A DNA stretch of 44,471 nucleotides. It comes from a virus (lineage: Duplodnaviria > Caudoviricetes). The notes under the pieces were generated by a model that did not search any database, was not told where the DNA came from, and worked only from the letters and a program-made list of their open reading frames with translations. The stretch spans positions 1 to 44,471 of IMG/VR virus record IMGVR_UViG_3300037465_000103; one strand, 5' to 3'. Positions 35,839-44,471 of this stretch are shown here, piece by piece (within the stretch, counting starts at the first letter, position 1; each line of letters opens with the position of its first letter). Made by a program: the position numbers and the translations under genes.

Positions 35839-35862
35839 TTAACAGGACTGAAAGGAGTTGTT

Positions 35863-36453
35863 ATGCGTGACGAGAAATTAACAGAACTGATTCAATACTC
35901 AATCGAGCAGACCGAGGCGCGAGAACGCGAAGCGAAGGTTCTCGCTGAAGCCGAACAAATCGAGTTTAACTCGCTGATGGCCTGCGCGCTCGCTGAATCA
36001 CTGGCCGACATCGTGGATATGCCGCAGGCTTTGATTCCATATTGTAATTACGCGCGCGGGCCGGGTTGCTGGGATCGCGCGCAAGACATCGAGACGTTGA
36101 AGAAAGGCTGGCGCCCAAGCGAATTCATTATCAGGGCGCCGGCACTATCCGAGATGCGCTTCAGCATTCATAAGGCGCCGGCGGACATCAATGACGTGGG
36201 GCGCATTAGATGGCGCATTCGCAGCATCACCGTCGAGGAATGCTCTAATTCCTATCATTGCTGGTCTGCCGCCATCACCGAAGCCGCGCGCATTCATCGC
36301 CGGATCGAGCAATGGAGACGGGAACAGGAACAGGAGCGCGCAGACCGCGTCGAATCACAACAGACCGCATCGGCCCCGACGGACGCCGAACAGTTGGCCG
36401 CGCTTATTGAGCAGATCGTCATCCGCAAGGTCAGCGATCTGATGGAGGTTTGA
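35863..36453 (+). CDS. Hypothetical protein
   Basis: 196 aa with AAAGGAG RBS. Confidence 0.65.
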   Translation: MRDEKLTELIQYSIEQTEAREREAKVLAEAEQIEFNSLMACALAESLADIVDMPQALIPYCNYARGPGCWDRAQDIETLKKGWRPSEFIIRAPALSEMRFSIHKAPADINDVGRIRWRIRSITVEECSNSYHCWSAAITEAARIHRRIEQWRREQEQERADRVESQQTASAPTDAEQLAALIEQIVIRKVSDLMEV

Positions 36454-36454
36454 A

Positions 36455-36679
36455 ATGGTAAAAGTCAAAAAATCAGTGACGCGAGAATCAGAGGCGACGC
36501 ACTGGGAGAGGGGTGAACGACCGATCATTATCACAATTGAGCCACGTCTGATCGGCTTTCGGTTGAAGGGCGCACGACGCAATTATACGTTGCCGATTGC
36601 GGAGCTTTACACGCTGGCAGTCAATACCGCGCTGCACGATGAGCGGAAGCGACAGATCGGGAAGAAGAAGAGGAGATAA
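36455..36679 (+). CDS. Small basic hypothetical protein
   Basis: 74 aa with GGAGG RBS and IGFRLKG.R..Y.L motif. Confidence 0.65.
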   Translation: MVKVKKSVTRESEATHWERGERPIIITIEPRLIGFRLKGARRNYTLPIAELYTLAVNTALHDERKRQIGKKKRR

Positions 36680-36681
36680 CG

Positions 36682-37029
36682 ATGGCTGAACAGACTCAAT
36701 CGCAACCAATCAACGGCAATGCCGCGCAGACGCCGCCGACCGAGTTCACGCTGTCCGTGATCTATCGCGGTTTTCCCGTCACGATCACGACCTATGGCAA
36801 GGCGGACGCGCTGGATACTCTCATCACGAAACTTGAGGCGATGGGCGCTGGGCCGGCGCCCGTGAAAGAGCAGGCGCAAGCGTCAACGTCCGCGACGCCG
36901 CGCGCATCGGACGGGCCGCCGCGCTGCCCCGTGCACGACAAACCGATGAAGGAATCGCGCAAGCCGGGAAGCTATTACTGCTCGGCGAAGACGCGGAGCG
37001 GGTATTGCGAGGAAACGGCGGATGTTTAA
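36682..37029 (+). CDS. Hypothetical protein with C-terminal Zn finger
   Basis: 115 aa with CPVH...YYC...GYC and AGGAG RBS. Confidence 0.7.
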   Translation: MAEQTQSQPINGNAAQTPPTEFTLSVIYRGFPVTITTYGKADALDTLITKLEAMGAGPAPVKEQAQASTSATPRASDGPPRCPVHDKPMKESRKPGSYYCSAKTRSGYCEETADV

Positions 37030-37036
37030 TTGTGTC

Positions 37037-37070
37037 GAGGCGCGCAGCATCGTTTGATGTTGCGCGCCTC
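37037..37070. promoter_or_regulatory. Hairpin containing an operator family A site
   Basis: GAGGCGCGCAGCATC-GTTT-GATGTTGCGCGCCTC, intergenic. Confidence 0.6.
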
Positions 37071-37135
37071 AGGTTATTTCGACTCGCTCAGCGCGAGACT
37101 CAAGGCCGAGAGAACGGCCAGAAGGGAAATGATCA

Positions 37136-37363
37136 ATGGCTAAGCAAACACCTTCGCAGATGGGCAAACAGGAGAGCTACCCGGCGTTTAGTGAATGGCT
37201 GCGATCAGGCGAAGCGCCTGATCGCCTCACGTCCGAAATATTGTTGGCGGCCTGCGAAGCCCTGATCCGTGACGCTGGAGTTGTTGAAGAGTACAGCGCG
37301 CAGCTCGCAGGTATGCGCGCCGCCATCGCCAAAGCTCGCGGCCAGGAGGTCTCCAATGGCTGA
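37136..37363 (+). CDS. Hypothetical phage protein
   Basis: 75 aa with LLAACEAL...AAIAKARG pattern. Confidence 0.6.
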   Translation: MAKQTPSQMGKQESYPAFSEWLRSGEAPDRLTSEILLAACEALIRDAGVVEEYSAQLAGMRAAIAKARGQEVSNG

Positions 37364-37619
37364 GAAGTTCAAGATCGAAGACGAACACCGCGCGGGCGTC
37401 CGCACCTATCGCCTGCTCGCTGGTGACCGGATCATCGCGCGCGACGTGTGCGCGGAGTTCGTTGATTTGCTGGCAAGCGCGGGCGTGTTGAAGGACGCGC
37501 TCTACGCGATCCTATACACCGATCAAGACAATCTGATTCCAGACGATCTGCACGCGCAGGCCCGCGAGGCCCTCGACGCGGCGCGCGCGTTACGGCGGGA
37601 GGTCATCGGCTTCGTATGA
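37356..37619 (+). CDS. Hypothetical phage protein
   Basis: AGGAGG RBS before ATG 37356, coupled to neighbours. Confidence 0.6.
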   Translation: MAEKFKIEDEHRAGVRTYRLLAGDRIIARDVCAEFVDLLASAGVLKDALYAILYTDQDNLIPDDLHAQAREALDAARALRREVIGFV

Positions 37620-38814
37620 TCTACCTGAGCGGCAGACTACAGGCGGCGCAGATCGGCGCCAGACCGGACATCGGCATTATGCTGGGGTACCGCGCTGGCT
37701 CGCTCTCGCACGGCAAGCGCCATTTGGAAAAATGCCTGTCGCCGGCTGCAATTCAACAGATGGCACTCAATTGGCCTTTGCCCCGGATAAGCGGCTTGAG
37801 CCACGCGGCCATTCGGGGCGATCTGAAGCGGCATCTGGGCGTTGATCGGGAGGAGATCAAAGGCGAGCGGTTCACGCTCGTTCGCAATGATTGCGTGGGC
37901 GAGGTCAAGCGACTGGCCGATAACAGCGCTGGACTGATTCTAACCTCGATTCCGTTCGGCAATCATTACGAGTATTCGACGCAGCATGAAGACTTCGGCC
38001 ACAATCGCACCGACGGAGACTTCTTCAGGCAGATGGACTTCCTGATTCCTGAACTCTATCGAACTTTGAAGCCTGGCCGCGTCGCGGCGATTCACGTCAA
38101 GGACCGCATTCTCTACGGGCATCAAACCGCATCCGGCTTCCTTGAGGTCGAGGAATTTAGCGACGATACGGTGAAAGCATTCAAGAGGCACGGTTTTCTT
38201 TACGCAGGCCGTCGAACAATCGTCACTGACGTTGTGCGCGAAAACAATTCCACCTACAGGCTCGGCTGGTCAGAGATGGCGAAGGACGCCTCAAAAATGG
38301 GCAGTGGTTTGCCCGAATACATCCTGCTCTTCCGCAAGCCGCCGACGAGTCGCGCCCAACAATACGCCGATGAGCCTGTCACGAAGAGCAAAGAAGATTA
38401 CACACGCGCACGCTGGCAAATAGACGCGCACGATTTTTGGCGGAGCGACGGGAATCGGCTTCTGACGCCAGCGGAATACGCGCAGCTGGAACCAGCGCAG
38501 GCCGTCGCGGTCTGGGCGGCGGAGCAGTTAAACGAGCCTTACAGTTATGAGCGCCACGTCGCCATCTGCGAGGCAATGGAAGCCGCTTGATTGTAGAGCC
38601 GTTCGCGGGACTCGGCACGGTGATCTATCGCGCCATCGCGCTGGGACGCATCGGTTATGGCGTGGAGTTGGCGCAGGATTATTTCGATGCGGCAAGGCGA
38701 TACTGTCAGCAAATTGAGAGGGAAGTGACGGCGCCGACGTTGTTTGATTTATTGTCGGCGATTGAGCAGCATCAAACGATGCCGAATGAAAACGCGATTG
38801 AGGTTACGGCGTGA
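37616..38814 (+). pseudogene. Split / internally deleted N4-N6 DNA methyltransferase
   Basis: Catalytic-type TSIPF and RTLKPGR motifs in 37616..38590. SAM motif EPFAGLGT in the separate ORF 38587..38814. The N-terminus looks unrelated. Confidence 0.7.
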
Positions 38815-39267
38815 ATGAGGCAGTTGCTTTTTAAATGGGGGGGGGTCTGGCGCGAAGTGAAAGACGGCAATGATACCGCGCGCACGATCTTTGATGGCCA
38901 CTACTCGCGCATTCACTACCGCGACGGGCGACGCCCAAAACTGTTTGTTGGCCCCGGCGAAAAGATGGTGTTAGTCACCGCCGAAGCTGACGCCCTGTTT
39001 ATCTGGCGCAAGTTCCTGAGCAACAACGGGCAGCAGGGAGTGAATTGCGCCGTCTTCCGCAATGAGAGCCGATTCTTGAGCAGCGATCTTATCCGCGAGG
39101 TGTCGCGGCTGGCGTGGGAACGCTGGCCGGGAGAAAGGCTTTATACCTATGTGAACCCGCGCAAGGTGAAGTCGAGTAATCCGGGTTACTGCTTCACGAT
39201 GGCCGGATGGCGCAGGTGCGGCGTTACAAAATGTCACAAGCTGATCATTATGGAGTGCGTGAAATGA
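38815..39267 (+). CDS. Conserved phage protein, possible Mom-like GNAT-fold DNA-modifying enzyme
   Basis: HYSR, FRNE and RLYTYV.....NPGYCF..AGW motifs. Adjacent to the methyltransferase. Confidence 0.45.
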   Translation: MRQLLFKWGGVWREVKDGNDTARTIFDGHYSRIHYRDGRRPKLFVGPGEKMVLVTAEADALFIWRKFLSNNGQQGVNCAVFRNESRFLSSDLIREVSRLAWERWPGERLYTYVNPRKVKSSNPGYCFTMAGWRRCGVTKCHKLIIMECVK

Positions 39268-39313
39268 AGCGAAGGCGACGGGCTTACGAAAAGCTACTCA
39301 GGGAGAGGCGGAT

Positions 39314-39778
39314 ATGAAACCTGCTAAACGATATTGCATCGGCATTGATCCCGGCGTCCATTGCGGCGTCGCCGTCTTCGACCGCTGGATAGATCAGATC
39401 ATCCTCGCGCGCACGGTCGGATTCTGGACGCTCTTCCGCGAGGTCTTGCCCGCCTATCCGCCTGATCAGGCCGACGTGATTGTCGAGGACGCCCGACTCA
39501 ACAAGCCTACCTTCGCCAAAGACAGTGACCAGGGCGGGCGCAAACGCGAGAAGATCAGCCGCAACGTCGGCAGTGTCCAGGCCGAAGGCCGCCTGATCAT
39601 CGAGGGCCTGCGACTGCTCGGCTACACTGTGGCGCCGATCAAGCCATCGGGCGGGAAGTGGGACGCCTCAACCGTCGCGCGGATCACCGGTTACACCGGG
39701 CGCGCGAGCGAGCACGCCCGCGACGCGATCCGGTTCTGCTATGGCGTGAAAGCGATTCGCGCCGAAATAAACGCTTGA
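39314..39778 (+). CDS. RuvC-like Holliday junction resolvase
   Basis: IGIDPG, VIVED and EHARDA acidic motifs. Confidence 0.75.
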   Translation: MKPAKRYCIGIDPGVHCGVAVFDRWIDQIILARTVGFWTLFREVLPAYPPDQADVIVEDARLNKPTFAKDSDQGGRKREKISRNVGSVQAEGRLIIEGLRLLGYTVAPIKPSGGKWDASTVARITGYTGRASEHARDAIRFCYGVKAIRAEINA

Positions 39779-39823
39779 CGCGTTACGCGGATTGCGTATA
39801 CTTGAAACATCAAATGCTGTTAC
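39775..39823 (+). promoter_or_regulatory. Early promoter with both operator families
   Basis: TTGACG-N16-TATACT. Family B site at 39784-39798 and family A variant at 39804-39823. Confidence 0.7.
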
Positions 39824-39854
39824 AACAGCAAGGGACAAAGGAAGGAGTTGAGCA

Positions 39855-40295
39855 ATGCCTGAAACTATTTTGACCGAACCCGAACCGCTTGACGAAGACA
39901 TCATCGGAGTGTCGCTCCGAATGGCCGCGCACGTTTACGAATGCAAGGCGGGCGGTTGCGTCCCTGGATGCCACAAGGGGCGCAATTTCTCCCTGATGGC
40001 CGATGGCGCGCTGAATGGCCGCGTGACGGATCGAGCAACGGCGCGGGCATTCGCCTGGGGCATCTCCGCGACGATGGCGCCGATGATCGTGATTGCATCC
40101 GCGCTCCCGGAGAATCTGACGGTCTATTACGCATTCTTGACCGTAGAGGTTTTACGGCGATGCGGCGATGTCACGGAAGAGCGGATCGAAGAGGCGTGCG
40201 CGAGCTTCCGCGAGCGAAAACGACGGGCGGCGGCGCGCGACTGCGAGAGTGTTGACGATTTCTCTGTTGTGGCTGAATTAGCGACCGGGTTCTAG
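39855..40295 (+). CDS. Hypothetical protein
   Basis: 146 aa with AAGGAG RBS and an H..EC...C..GC cluster. Confidence 0.65.
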   Translation: MPETILTEPEPLDEDIIGVSLRMAAHVYECKAGGCVPGCHKGRNFSLMADGALNGRVTDRATARAFAWGISATMAPMIVIASALPENLTVYYAFLTVEVLRRCGDVTEERIEEACASFRERKRRAAARDCESVDDFSVVAELATGF

Positions 40296-40390
40296 TTTCA
40301 GCGCCCCGTTCAGGGATGCTGATGAAGCGGGCGGTTGCGATGCTTTTGGGGGAGGCCGCGACCGCCTGCCGTAAGTTAGAAGGAAAGACG

Positions 40391-40924
40391 ATGGAAGTCA
40401 TAGAAGAATTCCCAGCCGACATTTGCATTTCGCGCAACCAGGGCAACTCCGAATCCGCCGCCGCCCACGCCGCGATCCTGCCGCGCAAGACGATCCGGCG
40501 CGAGGCGGTCTTTGAATTCATCCGCGAGCGAGGAACGAAGGGCGCGAACAACTGGGAGATCGCGCAGCGCTTCGGCGTCGAATCGAACGCCATATCTCCG
40601 CGCGTCACAGAACTGCTCATCAAGCAAGCCGTCGCCGACTCCCACATCCGCAGGCCAACGGCTTCGGGGCTGATGGCGCGCGTCGTGATCGCGGTCGAGC
40701 ATCGCGGCGCGCTGATTGCGGAGTTGAAGGCGAAGGCTGAGACCGCGGCGGATGAAATGGAGCGGCGATATTTGCTGGGGATTGCGGGGAAGTTGGAAGC
40801 GGACGAGAAGCGGGCAAACGGCGACGACTGGGAAGCCCGGATTGATGAAAGCTATTTCGATTCCCGAGTGGGCGCGATTCGGCGACCGTCCGACGAAGCT
40901 AAAAATCTCGTGAGGTATGACTGA
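40391..40924 (+). CDS. Winged-helix DNA-binding protein
   Basis: VFEFIRERG.KGAN.WEIA..FG...NAISPRVTEL. Start assigned at ATG 40391. Confidence 0.65.
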   Translation: MEVIEEFPADICISRNQGNSESAAAHAAILPRKTIRREAVFEFIRERGTKGANNWEIAQRFGVESNAISPRVTELLIKQAVADSHIRRPTASGLMARVVIAVEHRGALIAELKAKAETAADEMERRYLLGIAGKLEADEKRANGDDWEARIDESYFDSRVGAIRRPSDEAKNLVRYD

Positions 40925-41340
40925 TGGCAACCTGGCGTGATAAAGCCGCGCCGATCATCGCGCGCGTTATCAAAGAGAAGGGAACCGATGACTTGCCGAA
41001 GCTTCGCGCGGCATTGCGCGAGGCATACCCGTTTGGCGAACGCGCATATCACCCTTACAAGATTTGGCGCGACGAGATCAAGCGGCAACTTGGCGAACCC
41101 GCGCCGACGATGAGCGTGGCTTCGGCGCTACAGATGGAGCGCGATATCTGGTCAGGTAACACGCTGGCCATCAACGAGCAGGACTGCGCGCGGCTCTCGA
41201 AACTGGGAACAGAACTGCAAAAGAGCATCATACTGCTCAACGCCGAAGATGTGATGATCCGCGAGGCGGACGCGCGGTTTCTGAGGCGTCTACATAAGGC
41301 GGCTGTCGCAGAGGATGAATCGCCGAAGGTGGCGCAATGA
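40924..41340 (+). CDS. Hypothetical phage protein
   Basis: 138 aa with ALREAYPFGER.YHPYKIW.DE motif, coupled start/stop. Confidence 0.7.
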   Translation: MATWRDKAAPIIARVIKEKGTDDLPKLRAALREAYPFGERAYHPYKIWRDEIKRQLGEPAPTMSVASALQMERDIWSGNTLAINEQDCARLSKLGTELQKSIILLNAEDVMIREADARFLRRLHKAAVAEDESPKVAQ

Positions 41341-41582
41341 ACGTGATGGGGCCAAGACGTTGCCACTGCTGCGGAGAGGAAGAGCGGACATCAGGCTGCG
41401 TGCTCGGTCTGACCTGTGGTTGCCGGGGCTACACCGATTGCCTGGTCTGCCGATTCTGCCTCAAACACTGCAATTGCACGGAGCAAATGAAAAGCGAGGC
41501 GTCTGCGGCCAGGCTTCAATATCACGAGACGTTGCGGCAGATCGGGGATCGCAATCCTGGTCAAATCAACAAACGGTGGTGA
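41337..41582 (+). CDS. Cysteine-rich (Zn-binding) small protein
   Basis: 81 aa, many Cys including CLVCRFCLKHCNC, ATGA overlap. Confidence 0.6.
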   Translation: MNVMGPRRCHCCGEEERTSGCVLGLTCGCRGYTDCLVCRFCLKHCNCTEQMKSEASAARLQYHETLRQIGDRNPGQINKRW

Positions 41583-41800
41583 GGGTGAATGGGATACGGC
41601 GCGAGAGATTTACTGCGAATCAAATTCAGTATCTGTCTTGATTGCCAGGAGCAAGGGTCGGGGAGTTACCGCCGATGCGCCAAATGTCGCCGTCGCCGCG
41701 CTCCGAGGCGCCCCACAGAGGCCGCGACGAAGCGCGCCCGACTCGACTCCGGGAGATTGTCATATACGTTCCTGCAATCGCGGGGACGGGGGGATAAGCG

Positions 41801-42112
41801 ATGGAAGGCAAACCGAATCCTGAACTCTACGAAAGGCTGAGCGCGCCTTTCGAGTCCGCAGACGAAGCCCGCGCCGCCGTTGACGCGTTTTGCGAGAAGG
41901 TCGCGCAACTCCGGGAGCAATACAAGATGCCGAATGTTACGCTCAACATCTGCCTGACAGTGAAGGCCAACGGGGAAGTCCAGCAGATGACCGGCGGTTG
42001 CACGTGGGGCGATAACGCGAAGGCGCTGATGATGGCCAAGCGGGAATTCGACAGGCTATTTGATTACTGGCGCGGCGCGGTCATCGAAATAGGGCGCGCC
42101 ACGGAGGGCTGA
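41801..42112 (+). CDS. Hypothetical protein
   Basis: 103 aa with GGGGGA RBS. Confidence 0.6.
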   Translation: MEGKPNPELYERLSAPFESADEARAAVDAFCEKVAQLREQYKMPNVTLNICLTVKANGEVQQMTGGCTWGDNAKALMMAKREFDRLFDYWRGAVIEIGRATEG

Positions 42113-42165
42113 GAAACAGGCAGAGACAGCATCCGCCGCTGGCGCCTCTTGAGCGAAATAAATCT

Positions 42166-43128
42166 ATGTCTGAAGCTCTGATTACAACTCAATCCACCAT
42201 CGTGTTGGCGCGCAACTTCGTCGCCGAGTGGGAAGCCTATCTTGACCTGCTTGCCAATACCGAAGAGATCAGCGCGGACACCGCCGCCGTCTACAAGCGC
42301 GGCGTTGCGCGCTTCCGCGAGTGGCTGGAACAGAGAGCGCCCGGCGCGAACGGGATGCAAGAGCAGGTCGTCAGGGAGTGGGTTGCGGCGATGCGGGAGA
42401 AGGGATGGACGGTCTCCACGCGCCAGGTAATGCTGGCCTCGCTCCGGTCATTCTGCGGTTGGCTGAAAGCGCAGGGTCTCGCCTCGACTGACCCGACGGC
42501 GGGCGTCAAGGCAGGGAAGCAGAGCAGGGCGAATCGCCACAAACGCGACAGCCTGACCGATGAGCAGGCGGGGAAGTTGCTGAGATTGGCCAGTCTCACC
42601 GCGCGCGACCGCGCCCTGGTCTGGCTGATGCTTCACACCGCTGCGCGAGGAATCGAGCTTTGCCGCGCCCGGATCGAAGACCTCCGCGAGGAAGAAGGCG
42701 ATCTTGTCTTATACGTCCAGGGCAAGGGCCGAACCGAGAGCGATAAGGAACCGCTCTACATCGCTTCGCCGGACGCGCAACGAGCCATCCGCGATTACCT
42801 GGCTGAACTCGCGGAGCGCGGCCACCGCTCCGGCGCGCTGTTTGTGACTGAGCGCGAATTCGGCGGAAAGCCGCGCGGCATCTCGCGGCGGACGCTGCGC
42901 CAGATCGGGAAGGGCGCTTTGCGCGCGGCGGGGATTGATGAGGCAACGGTTACAACTCACAGCCTCCGGCATAAGGCCATCACGAAGGCGCTTGAGAACG
43001 GCGCCGAACTGCGCGACGTGCAGACGATGGCGAGGCACGCCGACATCAACACGACGCTGATCTATGTTCACGAAAGTGCGCGGCGGGAGCGCGCGGCGGA
43101 AAGGATGATCAGCTATGACCGAGATTAA
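42166..43128 (+). CDS. Tyrosine recombinase / integrase (XerC/D-like)
   Basis: SAM-like N-terminal domain. Catalytic R (TAARGIE), K (QGKG), HSLRH, RH and Y (TTLIY) all present. Confidence 0.92.
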   Translation: MSEALITTQSTIVLARNFVAEWEAYLDLLANTEEISADTAAVYKRGVARFREWLEQRAPGANGMQEQVVREWVAAMREKGWTVSTRQVMLASLRSFCGWLKAQGLASTDPTAGVKAGKQSRANRHKRDSLTDEQAGKLLRLASLTARDRALVWLMLHTAARGIELCRARIEDLREEEGDLVLYVQGKGRTESDKEPLYIASPDAQRAIRDYLAELAERGHRSGALFVTEREFGGKPRGISRRTLRQIGKGALRAAGIDEATVTTHSLRHKAITKALENGAELRDVQTMARHADINTTLIYVHESARRERAAERMISYDRD

Positions 43129-43164
43129 CTGGTAAGCGCCAGAAATTGAAAGGATGAAGTCGGA

Positions 43165-43296
43165 ATGGCACGCAAACTAAACAACCCTGAGATGCCGATG
43201 CTTGCCTACAGATACGATGTTCGCATCATTGGCGAGATACCTAAGACGGTGGAGGGAGGGATGGTGAGATGCTGCGCGTCCATAAAATCAAGTTGA
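43165..43296 (+). CDS. Short ORF / possible gene remnant upstream of tnpB
   Basis: 43 aa MARKLNNPEMPMLAYRYDVRIIGEIPKTV..., overlapping the tnpB start. Confidence 0.3.
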   Translation: MARKLNNPEMPMLAYRYDVRIIGEIPKTVEGGMVRCCASIKSS

Positions 43297-44459
43297 ATCC
43301 AACTGAGGCGCAAGCGTCCTATTTCGCGCAATGCGCTGGCGTCGCGCGCTACACCTGGAATTGGGCGCTGGCGCGATGGAAGGCGATTAAAGCGACCGGC
43401 GCAGAGGCAAGCTTTAACGCGATCAAGAGCGAGTTTCGCGCAGACGTAGACGGCCAGCATCCTTTCTTCAAGGATGTGGCGTCGTGCGTGATTGATGAGG
43501 CCATCGGCGATCTGTCACGCGCCATCTCAACCTATCACAAGTCGAAGCAGACCTATTTGGAATCCGGCAATGCGACAGCCGTCGCGCGCCTGAAGTTCCC
43601 AAAATGGCGCAAGCGCCGCGAAGGCCAGGGCGGGTTCGCTTACACAAACACGCGGTTTAAGGTTGACGGTCATTCACTCAAACTGAGCCGGGGCGGCGTG
43701 GTGAATATGGCCGAAGAGTTGCGGTTCACGGGTAAACTGATGTCGTGCCGGATCGTGCAAGAGGCGGGCGAGTGGTTCGCAGCAATCAGCGTTGAGGCCG
43801 AAGCGCCCGCGCCCTCCACGGGCAAGGGCGTAATTGGCGTGCATTTCGGATTGCGGCATTTTGCGACGATGAGCGATGGCCAACAGATCGAATCGCCACG
43901 CGCTTACATCGCTGCGCAAGACAGGCTCGCCAGAGCGCAGCGCCACCTAAGCCGGAAGCAGAAGGGGAGCGCTCGATACAGGAAGCAGCGCGCAAAGGTC
44001 GCGCGCATCCATCAGCATATCGCCAACCAACGCGAACACTTTCAACACGGTCTAACGACGGCGCTTGTGCGAAAGAACGCAGTGATCGTGTATGACAAGT
44101 GGGATATTCAAGGGTTGATTGATCTACCAGACCAACGATGGGCGAAAGGGTTTTACGACGCGGCGATTGGAGAGACTGTGAGGCAATTGGAGTACAAGGG
44201 CAAAATGTACTCAGTCACGGTTCACGGCGCAAAGATCAAAGCATCGAAGACCTGCCACAAATGCGGCGCGGTCAATGAAGGACTGACGCTTGTTGAAAAA
44301 ACCTGGAACTGTCCGAATTGCGGCGCGATGCACGACCGAGAGCGTAACGCCGCAATGAACAATTACCTGATAGGGGTTGCCCTGTCCGCCGGTACTAATC
44401 AGGTCGGCGTAACGCCTGTGGAGCCTGGGGCCTCTGATTCTGATTCCGATCAGGATTAA
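43269..44459 (+). CDS. tnpB: TnpB-family RNA-guided protein with substituted RuvC catalytic residues (TldR-like)
   Basis: K..LNPT..Q...F....G..RY.WN N-terminus, FPKWRK, LSRKQKGS and Zn finger SKTCHKCG..CPNCG. RuvC motifs read GVHFG, YDKW and DRERNAA. Confidence 0.9.
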   Translation: MLRVHKIKLNPTEAQASYFAQCAGVARYTWNWALARWKAIKATGAEASFNAIKSEFRADVDGQHPFFKDVASCVIDEAIGDLSRAISTYHKSKQTYLESGNATAVARLKFPKWRKRREGQGGFAYTNTRFKVDGHSLKLSRGGVVNMAEELRFTGKLMSCRIVQEAGEWFAAISVEAEAPAPSTGKGVIGVHFGLRHFATMSDGQQIESPRAYIAAQDRLARAQRHLSRKQKGSARYRKQRAKVARIHQHIANQREHFQHGLTTALVRKNAVIVYDKWDIQGLIDLPDQRWAKGFYDAAIGETVRQLEYKGKMYSVTVHGAKIKASKTCHKCGAVNEGLTLVEKTWNCPNCGAMHDRERNAAMNNYLIGVALSAGTNQVGVTPVEPGASDSDSDQD

Positions 44460-44471
44460 GTTGCGGGCGCT
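44380..44471 (+). ncRNA. Probable 5' part of the omegaRNA scaffold overlapping the tnpB 3' end
   Basis: AACGCCTGTGGAG (TPVE) pattern commonly seen at tnpB 3' ends. The guide is probably beyond the window. Confidence 0.45.

Larger units (their letters stand above)
1..44471. mobile_element. Temperate siphovirus / prophage region (ends not visible in the window)
   Basis: Contiguous terminase-portal-protease-capsid-tail genes, phage replication genes and a tyrosine recombinase. No host housekeeping genes and no att sites identified. Confidence 0.95.

Noticed and set aside
42100-43270. att site or tRNA next to the integrase
   Set aside because: No tRNA fold or duplicated core sequence could be identified.
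43269-44459. TnpB as a Cas12 effector using the mini-array
   Set aside because: The repeat is type I-G-like and 36 kb away, and the gene has its own omegaRNA-like 3' end.

Overview
The whole window is a temperate siphovirus (prophage-like) genome segment, probably from an Acidobacteriota host, since it carries a captured TIGR03437 'Solibacter C-terminal domain' gene. From about 28100 leftward (minus strand) runs the late operon: terminases, HK97-type portal, protease and capsid, extra head genes (one an 883-aa repeat protein), head-tail genes, tail tube, and frameshifted tail chaperones. It continues with a GTA-like tail tip module (DUF2460, DUF2163, NlpC/P60, hub), a tail fibre and a displaced tape-measure gene cut by the left edge. 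The right part holds accessory, replication (initiator with iterons, DnaB) and early genes, then a tyrosine recombinase and a TnpB homologue. Highlights: (1) a repeat-spacer-repeat unit with type I-G-like CRISPR repeats whose 'spacer' looks like the phage's own gene junction; (2) a membrane-protein gene with a CCCAAAA slippery site plus pseudoknot that would fuse it to a frame carrying clustered 18-bp DNA palindromes; (3) a TnpB with all three RuvC catalytic positions substituted (TldR-like); (4) two dispersed operator families, a candidate sRNA and small genes missed by the ORF track. All family calls are by eye, without database searches.
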